Below, piece after piece: positions 19,783 through 29,950 of a DNA stretch of 64,000 nt (position 1 is the stretch's first letter; every line of letters starts with the position of its first letter). Made by a program: the position numbers and the translations under genes. The notes under the pieces are model-generated. The model worked only from the letters and a program-made list of their open reading frames with translations. It was not told the DNA's origin and searched no databases. The DNA comes from Promethearchaeota archaeon (GTDB lineage: Archaea; Asgardarchaeota; Lokiarchaeia; Sigyniarchaeales; SOKP01): assembly GCA_008080735.1 (NCBI GenBank), contig SHMW01000009.1, positions 6,883 to 70,882 on the forward strand. Direction: 5' to 3'.

Positions 19783-20370
19783 TCACATCCGATCCATAAA
19801 TTTAAGAAATTTGTTGACGGTCTTCTTTATTTTTTTAGTAATATTAACCACTACTATCCCTTCAGGTATTTCATAGACTGAATCCGTTATAGGAGGTTGC
19901 CCATAAAATACGAAATTAGGAATCTGCTCATCTAAAGGAAGAAGCGAAATAAGTGGAAGCACTAATAGATCTTCTTCACCTTCAGTAATTTTTAACAATA
20001 CACGTTTTTTCAGGCTTATAATTTGTTCTAATACATCCCAACTATGCTTAGAAATTGTTCCCTTAGGATTTTTAAGTGTTCTGATCTCTTCAAAAAAACC
20101 AATCCCATTGATTTGTACATTTTTTCTCTGCGTTTTTTCATCAATAATACAAAGTCTGATATAAGAGCGCAAGAAATCGTTTGCAAGAAAATCTTGGGCT
20201 ACAATATCCCCTACTATATAAAAATTAAAATTGTTTCCTTCAATTTTAAGCTTCCTAAATTTATCCACTACTTTGGGGATAGTTTCTTCTCTTGTTCCCG
20301 AAATAAGGGTGTCCAAGGGTTGAGCAAATAGATGGCGTTTATCCTCTGGGATTTTTAATTTTTCATTCAT
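19783..20370 (-). CDS. DUF359 GTP-dependent dephospho-CoA kinase
   Basis: VGD, IIDEKTQR, NPKG, GEEDLL, YGQP; conserved position between spt4 and rps24e. Confidence 0.9.
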   Translation of the reverse strand: MNEKLKIPEDKRHLFAQPLDTLISGTREETIPKVVDKFRKLKIEGNNFNFYIVGDIVAQDFLANDFLRSYIRLCIIDEKTQRKNVQINGIGFFEEIRTLKNPKGTISKHSWDVLEQIISLKKRVLLKITEGEEDLLVLPLISLLPLDEQIPNFVFYGQPPITDSVYEIPEGIVVVNITKKIKKTVNKFLKFMDRM

Positions 20371-20443
20371 ATTATAGGTAAGAAGTTACATCTATAAAAA
20401 ATTGACAAAACTTCCTGTAAGTGTCTTGGAGAAAGAGTGAGTT

Positions 20444-20632
20444 CTATCTTACTCGCAGTGCATATTTACCAGGAATATGGATTTTTAAATATTCCGCGAC
20501 CTTCGACTCTTCGGGCTTAACAATTATAACTTCTCCAGTATAGTCCTCACTAAGAGTGTGAGTTTTACATTTTGGACAAACTTGTTCATTTTTAGTAATA
20601 AGATGGCAATTTTTACACGCTTTTTCTTTCAT
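20444..20632 (-). CDS. spt4: Transcription elongation factor Spt4 (RpoE2)
   Basis: KACKNCH..CPKC..PGKYALRVR. Confidence 0.95.
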   Translation of the reverse strand: MKEKACKNCHLITKNEQVCPKCKTHTLSEDYTGEVIIVKPEESKVAEYLKIHIPGKYALRVR

Positions 20633-20803
20633 CTTGGAAACCTGAGTATATTATTTATAAATGAAGTATATAAAATCTATTTCTAAGGGTTATAGAGAGG
20701 CAAAAAAATTAAATTTTACTATTATCGCAAATGATAATATGATTTGAAAAAATATTAGATTATTCAAATTAATGAAATCGATGAGATTTTGCTGATTATT
20801 AGT

Positions 20804-21409
20804 CTAAGGAAGAATTTCTTCTTCTTCTATTTCTTTTTTGGCTTTCTGGGTTTTCTTTTCAGAGTAATAATTCTCTATGTCTTGCTCAATCCATTCATCC
20901 TTACCCAGATAGGGTGAGCGCATCGAAAGTCCAAGTTTTCCACTTCTCCCACCACCTAATGATACTGCAATTACCTTAGCTCGGATACCATCACCTACTT
21001 CAAGAATTTTACCCGTTTCCTTTCCAATAAATCTATTCCCAACTTGTTCATATGAAATATAATCGTCTGTAATCTGTGATACATGAACTAATCCATCTAA
21101 TGGTCCTAAGCGGATAAAAGCTCCAAAATCGACGATTTCCACTACTTCTCCTTCAACAATTTCTGATACGGTTGGTCGAAAGGTTAAGATAGTAAATTCA
21201 ACTTCATGGAATGTATTCGCATTGCCAGGGATGATTTGCCCAGTAGAAACAGAAAGCACATCTACCACAGCAATGATAAATCCATATTGTTTGGTAATTA
21301 TTCCTTCATAGTCTTCGCTGAGAATTAATCGCGCGCTGACTTCTTTGGGCTGACTAAATAAGAATGGAGGAATTTCCACTTTCGCCTCCAAAGTTATGAG
21401 TTTAAACAA
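20804..21409 (-). CDS. rpoE1: RNA polymerase subunit E' (Rpo7)
   Basis: FGAFIRLGPLDGLVHVSQI, MRSPYLGK. Confidence 0.96.
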   Translation of the reverse strand: MFKLITLEAKVEIPPFLFSQPKEVSARLILSEDYEGIITKQYGFIIAVVDVLSVSTGQIIPGNANTFHEVEFTILTFRPTVSEIVEGEVVEIVDFGAFIRLGPLDGLVHVSQITDDYISYEQVGNRFIGKETGKILEVGDGIRAKVIAVSLGGGRSGKLGLSMRSPYLGKDEWIEQDIENYYSEKKTQKAKKEIEEEEILP

Positions 21410-21550
21410 CTGTTTGACACCGATAAAGAGGATAAAATTTAGTTAAATGTCAAAATGAACTATAACATTAATATTTTGTGGTTGAAGAATTTCGCCTGTA
21501 GTCTTGCTCATTCTACTCATTAAACAAGCCTTATTTTTGGAAAATAAAAA

Positions 21551-21886
21551 TTACCACTCATTACCTTCATTATTGGTAATTTGGCGGAGTTTATATTTTA
21601 AATATTCTATTTCTTGTTCTAGTGTATGTATTTGAGAATTTAAAGTCATGATAATTTCATTCCCAAGTGATTTTACATCCTCATTCATAATTTCGTTATT
21701 ACCAATTTCCTTTAGTATTGATTTGTCCACTTTATCAAAAATATAGGTTAATTGATAATTTTGTTCAATTTCTAATAATATTTTAAATCCCGTTGCTCCA
21801 CGCAAAATCAATTGCTTTAAATATAGCAATTGTTCTAATTTTGAGGATCTCTGTTCAAACTCCTCTTCAATCTTCTCTCTATTCAT
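21551..21886 (-). CDS. Hypothetical helical protein
   Basis: 111-aa ORF with coiled-coil-like C-terminus. Confidence 0.5.
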   Translation of the reverse strand: MNREKIEEEFEQRSSKLEQLLYLKQLILRGATGFKILLEIEQNYQLTYIFDKVDKSILKEIGNNEIMNEDVKSLGNEIIMTLNSQIHTLEQEIEYLKYKLRQITNNEGNEW

Positions 21887-22120
21887 TTATTTCTATAAAT
21901 CCCAAGATCTTATTGTTTTTCTATTTCAATTTTTATTACGTTTTAAGCAGAATACTAAAGTTCAGTATAGTTTAGAATATAATCTTAATAATTATTTTAA
22001 ATCTTATCGGATTCCATAGAAAAATCCTTTGGTGAATATCCTATTTAAGGTTAAACCCTTTTTTAAGCGGTTCTAAAGGCATAAGGTTTAAATTTAGTGT
22101 AGGTAATTGATATATAGGAT

Positions 22121-22708
22121 ATGAAAATTGCGGTGGATGTGGATGGTGTTCTTCTTGATTTAATGGATACATATTGTGAAGTTTATAATGAACAATTTGA
22201 AACAAATTATAAAAAAAGTGATGTTACTCGATGGGATTTTTTCGAGGAATGGGAAATAAGGGAAAGAGATGCGTTTGAGATCTTTCATAAAATATACGAA
22301 AATAGCTCAGATATTCCTTTTATTGATGAATATGCGTTATTTGTGTTAAAAGAAATAAATGAAATCCATCATGTTGATATAGTGTCAGCACGTAGCGAAC
22401 AATATAGCGTACAATTAGGCGACACCTTGAAGTCTCATGGAATTATTGATGGGATCCATTATCAGCACCTCATTCTGGTCAATGAAAAGCCTTATGATAT
22501 CAAACTGAGGTTAAATTATGATCTCTACATTGATGATAATCCGCATCTAGCGTGGGCAATTAAAGAGAGAACAGAAATTGTTCTTTTTCTTTATGATCAA
22601 CCATGGAATCGTAATATTAATGAAAAAAATAAAAAGAATATTTTTAGAGTAAAGAATTGGATCGATATTAATCGAGAAATAAAAGGTTTAGAATTACTTC
22701 TTGAGTAA
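22121..22708 (+). CDS. HAD 5'(3')-deoxyribonucleotidase (NT5C) family
   Basis: DVDGVL, VSAR, IDDNP, QPWN. Confidence 0.88.
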   Translation: MKIAVDVDGVLLDLMDTYCEVYNEQFETNYKKSDVTRWDFFEEWEIRERDAFEIFHKIYENSSDIPFIDEYALFVLKEINEIHHVDIVSARSEQYSVQLGDTLKSHGIIDGIHYQHLILVNEKPYDIKLRLNYDLYIDDNPHLAWAIKERTEIVLFLYDQPWNRNINEKNKKNIFRVKNWIDINREIKGLELLLE

Positions 22709-23172
22709 CATAGATGGTAAGAAATGGGAGAATCAAGGATATGGTTATTAAACTCTGGTATTTTTTTTTGAAAACATTGAACTTACCCTCTGTTTCTTAA
22801 TCTAATTGAAACGATTAACAATATCAAAATTTGTTATTTAAATCTATAAGGACCAAGATTTAACATCCAAATAGGGGCATCCCATGGGAATTCTATCCTT
22901 AAAATATCCTTAATAATAAAAGGCTTAGCAAAATAGATATGAAAAATTAACGTATAATTCACTTCCTCTAAACGAATGTTGTTCCGAGCAATCTTTTTAT
23001 TTTTAATTTATAAAGTGTGGCAGTCCAAATAGAAAAATAAAGATTACAGTACTAAGAACACTGAAAATGAAGAGTCTCGTAAATCTTAATTTTTTAATGG
23101 ATCGCTTTAAATAGGACGAGTTTGTTGTATAGATCGATTACATTTCGCAATTGAAACAGGGTGTTAGAGTAA

Positions 23173-23418
23173 ATGAGTAAGAGTGATCTCGAGATAATCA
23201 TCATTGAAAACGTGCGAATTGATGGTGAATACTATCCGTACTATCCCCTCATTAACTTAGAATATGCTGAAGAAACTTTAGGCTCAAGAATTTCAAGAAA
23301 AATAAAAGAATTGGCAAAAAGCATATTTAGAGCGTTTAGTTATTATAATAAGACGAGCGTGAGGGCAAAATACGGATCTACAGACGAAAAAGATGAAAAA
23401 GAGGATGGAGAAAAATAG
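23173..23418 (+). CDS. Hypothetical protein
   Basis: 81-aa ORF, ATG start, no recognisable motif. Confidence 0.45.
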   Translation: MSKSDLEIIIIENVRIDGEYYPYYPLINLEYAEETLGSRISRKIKELAKSIFRAFSYYNKTSVRAKYGSTDEKDEKEDGEK

Positions 23419-23623
23419 CATCCCAGTGGCCTATCGTCCCGTAGTCTGATGGTTTAATTTTATTTATCAATTATTAACCAAAGAGCTAATTTTTCTCCTG
23501 GGATGATATATGATATATTCCAGATTGTATTTAAAACTCATCAGGCAAATTTAGTCTCGGGATTCAGAAAAGACTTTCCTAAATTTGCTAGTGCTCCTCT
23601 CCCTATCTCCAAACCCAAGATAA

Positions 23624-24229
23624 CTTAGGAATTTTTGGGGGAATCCGAGTGTTTATCCATATTCATTTGGAGATTTTCAAGCTGTTGTTGACCTTACTAT
23701 GTTTGGGTTAATCGGAGCGCTTTTTTTCATGATTATTTCAGATCTTATTCGGGTTTTATGGGGTCCGGAATATTCGATGTTTAATTTTTTAACAAAATCC
23801 ATTCTTAGAAACAAGGAATATAATGCTGTTGGTCCACAGATATATTTGGTAATAGGTGCAGTCTTTTCCTATTTACTTTATGCGGTTGGTTGGGTAGATA
23901 TTATGATTGTATATTCTGGGTTATTAATAGCTTGTTTTTCAGATGCTATTGCTGTTTTAATAGGTCGAAGATTTGGAAATCATAAAGTTGAATGTATCGG
24001 TGGAGAAACTAAAACAATCGAAGGATTTATTGCAGGAATTGCTTGTTCATATATAATAGGATTACTTACGGTTGGTCCCTTTTATTCAATCATAGCAACG
24101 CTCATATTCTTTTTATTAGATTATTTTCCTTTACGTGTAGCTGATAATATCCTTAATCCAATAGTCATAACTATTGTTTTAGGCCTTTTATCTTATTTTA
24201 TTGGATTCCCTATTGGAATTTATAATTAG
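23624..24229 (+). pseudogene. 5'-truncated CTP-dependent lipid kinase (dolichol/phytol kinase-like), paralogue of 27742..28893
   Basis: In-frame homology extends upstream of ATG 23699 (FWGNPSVYPY vs LWGEVSNYPY) to a TAA at 23621-23623; the N-terminal half including RKSFH is missing. Confidence 0.75.
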
Positions 24230-24350
24230 AATTGGTATTTGACGAATAAATTTTACATAATAGTCCAAAAGATAAGAAAAAGAATTTAAGTTATTAATTT
24301 GATTAATTTAATAGATGAATTCTTAGTTAATTATTCTAAATCATATAATT

Positions 24351-25058
24351 ATGACTGCTTTGGATCCTAACCGATTTTATATGTTATATATTTATCAAGG
24401 AGCCTTACTTGTGTTTTGTTTATTTATAATATATAAAATCTTGACACGTAGTAAGAAAAGACTAAATATCGTCTTTAGTATGGTGTATATTTGGAGTGCC
24501 GTTGGTTTAGTTTTGAATATGGTATTTGCTTTTATTATTATTGAGGAGATTGTTCTTATTTTGGATTTTCTTACCAATTTTAGTGTCGCATTTGCTCCAA
24601 TCTTCCTTTTGATTTTTAATATGATTTTATTGAAATCAGAAAAATACATGAATACTCCAAAACAGCTTGGTATAATTGGAGTGTATGCATTAGTTTTGTT
24701 TTTAAAAATATTCTTTTTTGTAGATGATGGTGTGATAGTAAATGAATCAACCGATTGGTTTCCCATATTTAGTCTTGCTTATTTATTATATGTAATTGTG
24801 ATTAGTACTCTATTCACGACTATTCCTATATTATATACCAGTTATAGGATTTATAAGAGATTTGATGACCTTGATATTAAGAAAAGATGGAAATTTTTTA
24901 TAGTTGGAGTAATTGGATTGATTTTATATATGGACTTTGTGTTTATAGCTAATTATACTTCGAATATTATTGTATCAATAGGATTAAGTATTTCGCTGTT
25001 GGGCATCTTTTTCTATATATATGCTATGTATTATGGAGTGGGGAGACAATTAAAGTAA
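24351..25058 (+). CDS. Stand-alone seven-TM membrane protein (HisKA_7TM-like)
   Basis: Seven hydrophobic segments; paralogous to 29098..29835; ends YGVGRQLK. Confidence 0.7.
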   Translation: MTALDPNRFYMLYIYQGALLVFCLFIIYKILTRSKKRLNIVFSMVYIWSAVGLVLNMVFAFIIIEEIVLILDFLTNFSVAFAPIFLLIFNMILLKSEKYMNTPKQLGIIGVYALVLFLKIFFFVDDGVIVNESTDWFPIFSLAYLLYVIVISTLFTTIPILYTSYRIYKRFDDLDIKKRWKFFIVGVIGLILYMDFVFIANYTSNIIVSIGLSISLLGIFFYIYAMYYGVGRQLK

Positions 25059-25163
25059 TGATATGAGTATGTTTAAATAATATAATATTTCTATTAACTA
25101 TCTTACTAAGATGATTAAAGAATTAGTTATTTACTAATTCTATCAGTATAATATTTCTAATAC

Positions 25164-25340
25164 ATGGTTTTTAAAATGATAATGCAACTAGACCTTACAC
25201 GTTTTATACAAGTCTACATAATCCAAGGATTAGTAATTGCGTTATACTTTTTTCTTGCTATTCGTACTATACAAAGAAATAAGAAGAGATTAAATTTAAT
25301 ATTTAGCGGATTCTATTTTTCTATCGGTATTGGGTTTCCT
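25164..25340 (+). pseudogene. 3'-truncated third copy of the 7TM family
   Basis: LDLTRFIQVYIIQG..RNKKRLNLIFSGFYFSIGIG matches 29098 ORF, then homology stops abruptly at ~25335. Confidence 0.75.
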
Positions 25341-25771
25341 AACTTTTTCTCAATAGCACTCAAATCCATATTCTTACCGTAAAATCTATTGAAAATAGCC
25401 GCGATTCTGGAAATAATGCTGAACTCCGTCTTCTCCAAATCTTTCCCATACATCTTATAATGTAAGCCCGATTTCTCGGAAACATATGGCGTTGTGTATG
25501 GATTACTAAGAACCCATCCATCAAACATTTCTGTGATATCTTCTCTAAACTGTTCGTACTGGGAGGAGGTAAGCATCGAACGTATCTCATTCTGATGGGT
25601 ATTTGGAAAGAGGTTTATAAATTTATTATAGGAGCGTGTACTTAATACATCTCGGACCCAAAATATTGTCCTAGGTTGAGGTCTCTCCCTATCTAAAAAT
25701 ACCTTCTTTAAATAGTTGGAATCGTCAAACATAAATTCTGAGAATCGATGCGTCTCGATCAGAAGATTCAT
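25313..25771 (-). CDS. Hypothetical protein, probably 3'-truncated at the ~25340 junction
   Basis: Protein-like composition; runs head-on into the truncated 7TM gene. Confidence 0.4.
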   Translation of the reverse strand: MNLLIETHRFSEFMFDDSNYLKKVFLDRERPQPRTIFWVRDVLSTRSYNKFINLFPNTHQNEIRSMLTSSQYEQFREDITEMFDGWVLSNPYTTPYVSEKSGLHYKMYGKDLEKTEFSIISRIAAIFNRFYGKNMDLSAIEKKLGNPIPIEK

Positions 25772-25892
25772 GATATCGCCCTCTCATTGGATCCCCCAAA
25801 AAGATCCTCATTCTCAAACTCAAGGTTGGGAGATGCGATCCTTTTCAGACCTTAACGATGAGATGAAATTCCTTCTCATCTTTAGGAATTAT

Positions 25893-26264
25893 CTAAATTA
25901 GTTTTGCAATTTTCTCGGTCGTCCGTTTACAATCCAGAAAAATGAGCCCGAGTCGGACATCGGGAGTAGTGGAGACTACAAGCACCGCATTTGGACCTGC
26001 TGCGAGGACGAGTAGGTAACCATCCGAGCCTTTGACCATAATCTGTTCGAGCTCACCTTTGCCCATTTCATGGGCGGCTCTTTCCCCTAGGGACAAGATA
26101 GCTGCGGTCATCGCAGCGATACGCGTCTCATCAACCCCTTGCGGTAATGCAGACGCAATTGGAAGTCCTTCGACAGATACGATAGCTGTCGATTTGACTT
26201 CGGGAATAGCAGCAAGAAGTTGCTTCAGGATTCCATCGAGAGTTTCACCAGTAGATTCTTCCAT
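25893..26264 (-). CDS. Roadblock/LC7 (MglB-like) protein
   Basis: IVSVEGLPIASALP..RIAAMTAAILSLGER..LGLIFLD. Confidence 0.93.
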   Translation of the reverse strand: MEESTGETLDGILKQLLAAIPEVKSTAIVSVEGLPIASALPQGVDETRIAAMTAAILSLGERAAHEMGKGELEQIMVKGSDGYLLVLAAGPNAVLVVSTTPDVRLGLIFLDCKRTTEKIAKLI

Positions 26265-26556
26265 AAGTTAAGTCTCCAAAAATGTGTTATTTTATGTAAT
26301 GATTGGATGATATATTATTGTAACCTAGTAAGTTATATTTAAACTTAGATTGATATTATTTAATTTTTATTATATTTTAAAACTTTTTTTGTTTTTTCAA
26401 ATAGAACATATTACCAGATTATTAAGATTTAAAACTCTTGCTAATAAATAAAAATTTCGAAAACGATATAATCGGATGGTTAAGCAAATGATGAGTAGAT
26501 TCTGAGTGGAATCTGAGAGCAAATGTTGTTCATTCCATCGTGATATCGTGAAAAAC

Positions 26557-27633
26557 TTACATCCCTAAAGATTTATTATATGTCTGAACCGATTTAATCA
26601 TAGCATATACATTTTCTGGTTTTAAAATTTCATTTATTTGTTGAGTAGGAGAAATAACTAAGCGAGAGTGAGATTCTTCGGCTGAATGTAATAGGTGTTG
26701 TACATAAGAGCGAACTTCTGAGGATTTTGCATAGGTGAGCATCGCGCCATTATCTATATTTCCGATGAAGCAGATCTCATCCCCGTAGGTTTCAAAAAGG
26801 GTAAAAATGTCGTTACCTGCATTTGGTTCGATACTTTGGACAGCATCGAACCCCATTTCAATGAATAAGTCAATTATATTGTCAATGTAGCCATCAGAAT
26901 GGAGGATGAGGTGATTTCCGTGTGAATGAATTGAGTTTGCTATTATTCGGTATTTCTCTAAAAAGAACTCTTTTATATAGGATTTCGGAATGAAATTCCG
27001 CTGATTGTATCCCATATCGTCTGCCACAAGAAAGATTTTCGCACCAGCTGCTTGTAAAATTCCCACCAAATCAAGTATATAGTCAAAAAAAAAGTTGATA
27101 ACAGTCCGTATAAGTGCTGGATTTTGGCGAAATGCTTTTGAAAATGTAAGAAATCCCATGGACTGCCATGTTTTTTCAAATAAACCGGGTAAAGATAACA
27201 CAAATTCAATGCCGTAGGTTTGTGCTAAGAAATGCGCTAATATGTCGATTTCATTTTGCTCGGGAGGTTGAAGCTTCGACCAGTCCTTAACGATCCTTTC
27301 ACTCTTAAAGACTCCATCCCATGAATACCATCCATTCTTAATAATTCTTCCCCACGCATCGACTTTCTCATCTGATTTGGGAGGGGTATACTCAGAGTAA
27401 GTTTTTCCCCGTCTAAAATCCCAAAGAGACACTGCATCGAAGCCCATATTTTTAATCAGAGAAAAGTCCTTTCCATTTAATACAAAGTTATCATTTTCAT
27501 CGGATTTAATGCCATATTGTTCGAGATAATTTTCCATAAATGCGTGTTCTGGATATCCCGTGCAATAGAGGGGAATATAGGTCCTTTCAGACTTCTTAAG
27601 AACTTCTGTGAACTGAATGATACTCTTCTCCAA
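26557..27633 (-). CDS. Uroporphyrinogen decarboxylase / MtaA-CmuA family protein
   Basis: DAWG, ADDMG, LHSDG, CFIGNID, PENVYAM. Confidence 0.85.
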   Translation of the reverse strand: MEKSIIQFTEVLKKSERTYIPLYCTGYPEHAFMENYLEQYGIKSDENDNFVLNGKDFSLIKNMGFDAVSLWDFRRGKTYSEYTPPKSDEKVDAWGRIIKNGWYSWDGVFKSERIVKDWSKLQPPEQNEIDILAHFLAQTYGIEFVLSLPGLFEKTWQSMGFLTFSKAFRQNPALIRTVINFFFDYILDLVGILQAAGAKIFLVADDMGYNQRNFIPKSYIKEFFLEKYRIIANSIHSHGNHLILHSDGYIDNIIDLFIEMGFDAVQSIEPNAGNDIFTLFETYGDEICFIGNIDNGAMLTYAKSSEVRSYVQHLLHSAEESHSRLVISPTQQINEILKPENVYAMIKSVQTYNKSLGM

Positions 27634-27741
27634 TTTAAAATTTTAATTTGAATGGTTTTATTCTACATATTTAGGCAATTTAATTAGAAATTTATTTGAT
27701 TAATTATTCTCAAATATAATTGAATTTTTTGTTTAGCCATT

Positions 27742-28893
27742 ATGAATTTTGTTATTTTGAATTATTGGGATATTGTTGGCAAGGCATATAATACGACATT
27801 AACTTTTATATTATTGGCAATCGTGTTTTTGATGGTGTATATCGGTAAAACGGGGCGCAAGAAGAATCCCTATGGGGGACTATCAACCTTTGTATGTGCT
27901 TCCTTGCTCCTTTTTGTAGCCTATTATAACTCGATTATTGGGCTCTTCCAATACCCGCTCACCGGATTTATGATATGGTGGATTGGAATACTGATGGTAC
28001 TTTTTGGAGGATTCGGATATTTAGTAAAAAAAACAGACCGCAAAATGACCGAGGAGGATTTTAATACCTCAAACGGCGACTTACCGCGAATTAAACGGTA
28101 CATCAAAAAGATGAAAAAACAAAATCCGTACAGAGAACAGATCCCGATAAAGATGGAAATCATTCGGAAAAGTTTCCATCTTACTGGATTATTATTCATT
28201 TTTGGCTATTTTGGATGTATTATACTCCCACCTATTGCAGATTTGGCAAATTTAGGGATATTTATTTTGATTAATTCTACGGAGCCATTGTATAATGTAC
28301 TATGGGGGGAGGTATCTAATTATCCTTACGTTTTAGGGAGTTTAGAAGGCATCATTGACATCACTTTATTCGGTCTTATTGGAGCATTTATGTTTATGGT
28401 CATTTCCGATTTGATCAGGGTTCTGTGGGGGGCAAAATATTCAATGTTTAATTTTCTGACCCGTTCAGTGCTGCGCAATCAAGAGCATAATGCTGTAGGG
28501 CCGCACATATATTTAATTGTTGGAGCAATGTTTACATATCTCTTATATGTTTTAGGAGTTGTTCATATTTTAGCGTATACAGCAGGATTAATGATAGCCT
28601 GTTTTTCTGACGCGTTAGCTGCCTTAGTTGGAAGAATTTTTGGAAATAAAAAAGTCATTTGTATTGGAGGGCAAGAAAAAACCATTGAGGGCTTCATCGC
28701 GGGTGTTGCTAGTGCCTATTTATTCGGATTGGTTATCGTAGGTCCTATCTATGCGATCATTGGAGCATTGATATTTTTCATTTTCGATTATTTTCCCATG
28801 GTTATCGCAGATAATATTTTAAACCCCATTTTTATCACGTTAGGTATTCAATTATTCCAAGTTATCCTCGGATTTCCCTTAGGATTATTTTAG
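27742..28893 (+). CDS. CTP-dependent lipid kinase (dolichol/phytol/DAG kinase, cytidylyltransferase superfamily)
   Basis: EIIRKSFH, SDALAALVGRIFG, KTIEGFIAG, ADNILNP; multi-TM. Confidence 0.8.
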   Translation: MNFVILNYWDIVGKAYNTTLTFILLAIVFLMVYIGKTGRKKNPYGGLSTFVCASLLLFVAYYNSIIGLFQYPLTGFMIWWIGILMVLFGGFGYLVKKTDRKMTEEDFNTSNGDLPRIKRYIKKMKKQNPYREQIPIKMEIIRKSFHLTGLLFIFGYFGCIILPPIADLANLGIFILINSTEPLYNVLWGEVSNYPYVLGSLEGIIDITLFGLIGAFMFMVISDLIRVLWGAKYSMFNFLTRSVLRNQEHNAVGPHIYLIVGAMFTYLLYVLGVVHILAYTAGLMIACFSDALAALVGRIFGNKKVICIGGQEKTIEGFIAGVASAYLFGLVIVGPIYAIIGALIFFIFDYFPMVIADNILNPIFITLGIQLFQVILGFPLGLF

Positions 28894-29097
28894 ATGAGAA
28901 GCATCGGGTAATTGTTTTTTAAATTTTTGGCAATTTTTTCATGGTCAAATTAGCAACTAATCATGGATAGGTCACTACAAGATGATATTATAGAATATAG
29001 TTTTTGATAATAGAGATAATGGAAATCATAGAGATAAAATTAAATAGGTATTCAGTTAATAATTTATTATTATTGAATATAAGAATATTATTGGAAT

Positions 29098-29835
29098 GTG
29101 GTCATAATTACAGCTTTAGATTTAGATCCGATTCGATTCTTTCAAATCTATGTCATCCAAGGGCTAATCTTTATTGTATGTATTTTTCTAGGATATCGCA
29201 CCTTAAAACGCAATAATAAACGAATAAACCAGATATTTTCAGGATTTTATTTTTCTGTAGGACTGGGATTGTTTCTCAATTTTATTTATGCACCCCTCCA
29301 GATTGAAGGTTTAGAGGCGGTCGTTCTGATTCTGAACTTTTTTACTAATTACTTTATTAGTTTAGGACCTATCTTTTTCGTAGTATTTGTACTTTTAATC
29401 TATAAATCGGGAAAAGTCATAGATAGTTATAAACAGCTCAGCATCATTATTATCTACGGTGCGCTGCTTTTTTTGATGCTCCTTTTCCTTCCATTTGAGG
29501 GTGTATCGATAAATCCTGATACTAATTGGAAACCTGTTTACACTCTGGGCTTTTTTATATATCTTATGCTCGTGCTCTTTCTTGGGGCAACAATTCCTTC
29601 CTACTATTATGCTATAAGGATATATACCAATTTCACCACAAAAGATCTCAAGGATAGATGGAAATACTTTATTCTTGGAATCACGTTTCTGTTTTTATTC
29701 ATGTATGGAACCTTTTTTGCTAATTATTTAAATATAGACCTTTTTAGGACGATATGGTCCATTATTGGATTATTTTTAGTTATTGCGGGAATCCTATTGA
29801 TTTATTTCGGGGTCGGGCGACAAATTGAAAAATGA
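29098..29835 (+). CDS. Stand-alone seven-TM membrane protein (HisKA_7TM-like)
   Basis: Seven TM segments; paralogue of 24351..25058; ends YFGVGRQIEK. Confidence 0.7.
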   Translation: MVIITALDLDPIRFFQIYVIQGLIFIVCIFLGYRTLKRNNKRINQIFSGFYFSVGLGLFLNFIYAPLQIEGLEAVVLILNFFTNYFISLGPIFFVVFVLLIYKSGKVIDSYKQLSIIIIYGALLFLMLLFLPFEGVSINPDTNWKPVYTLGFFIYLMLVLFLGATIPSYYYAIRIYTNFTTKDLKDRWKYFILGITFLFLFMYGTFFANYLNIDLFRTIWSIIGLFLVIAGILLIYFGVGRQIEK

Positions 29836-29950
29836 ATCTTCAAAATGAATTTTAAATCATAGCCCTTTTCTTTTTTTATTATTAGCTCTTCTGGTATTAA
29901 GAATTTTGCTAAAGATAAAAAAAAATAGCACATTATGTAAGGTAATTATC

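Noticed and set aside
22790-23160. Two ATTGAAAC motifs resembling CRISPR repeat 3' ends
   Set aside because: Upstream sequences differ, spacing is ~345 bp, and there is no array or cas gene
24351-29835. Rhodopsin assignment for the 7TM proteins
   Set aside because: No retinal-binding Lys in the seventh helix
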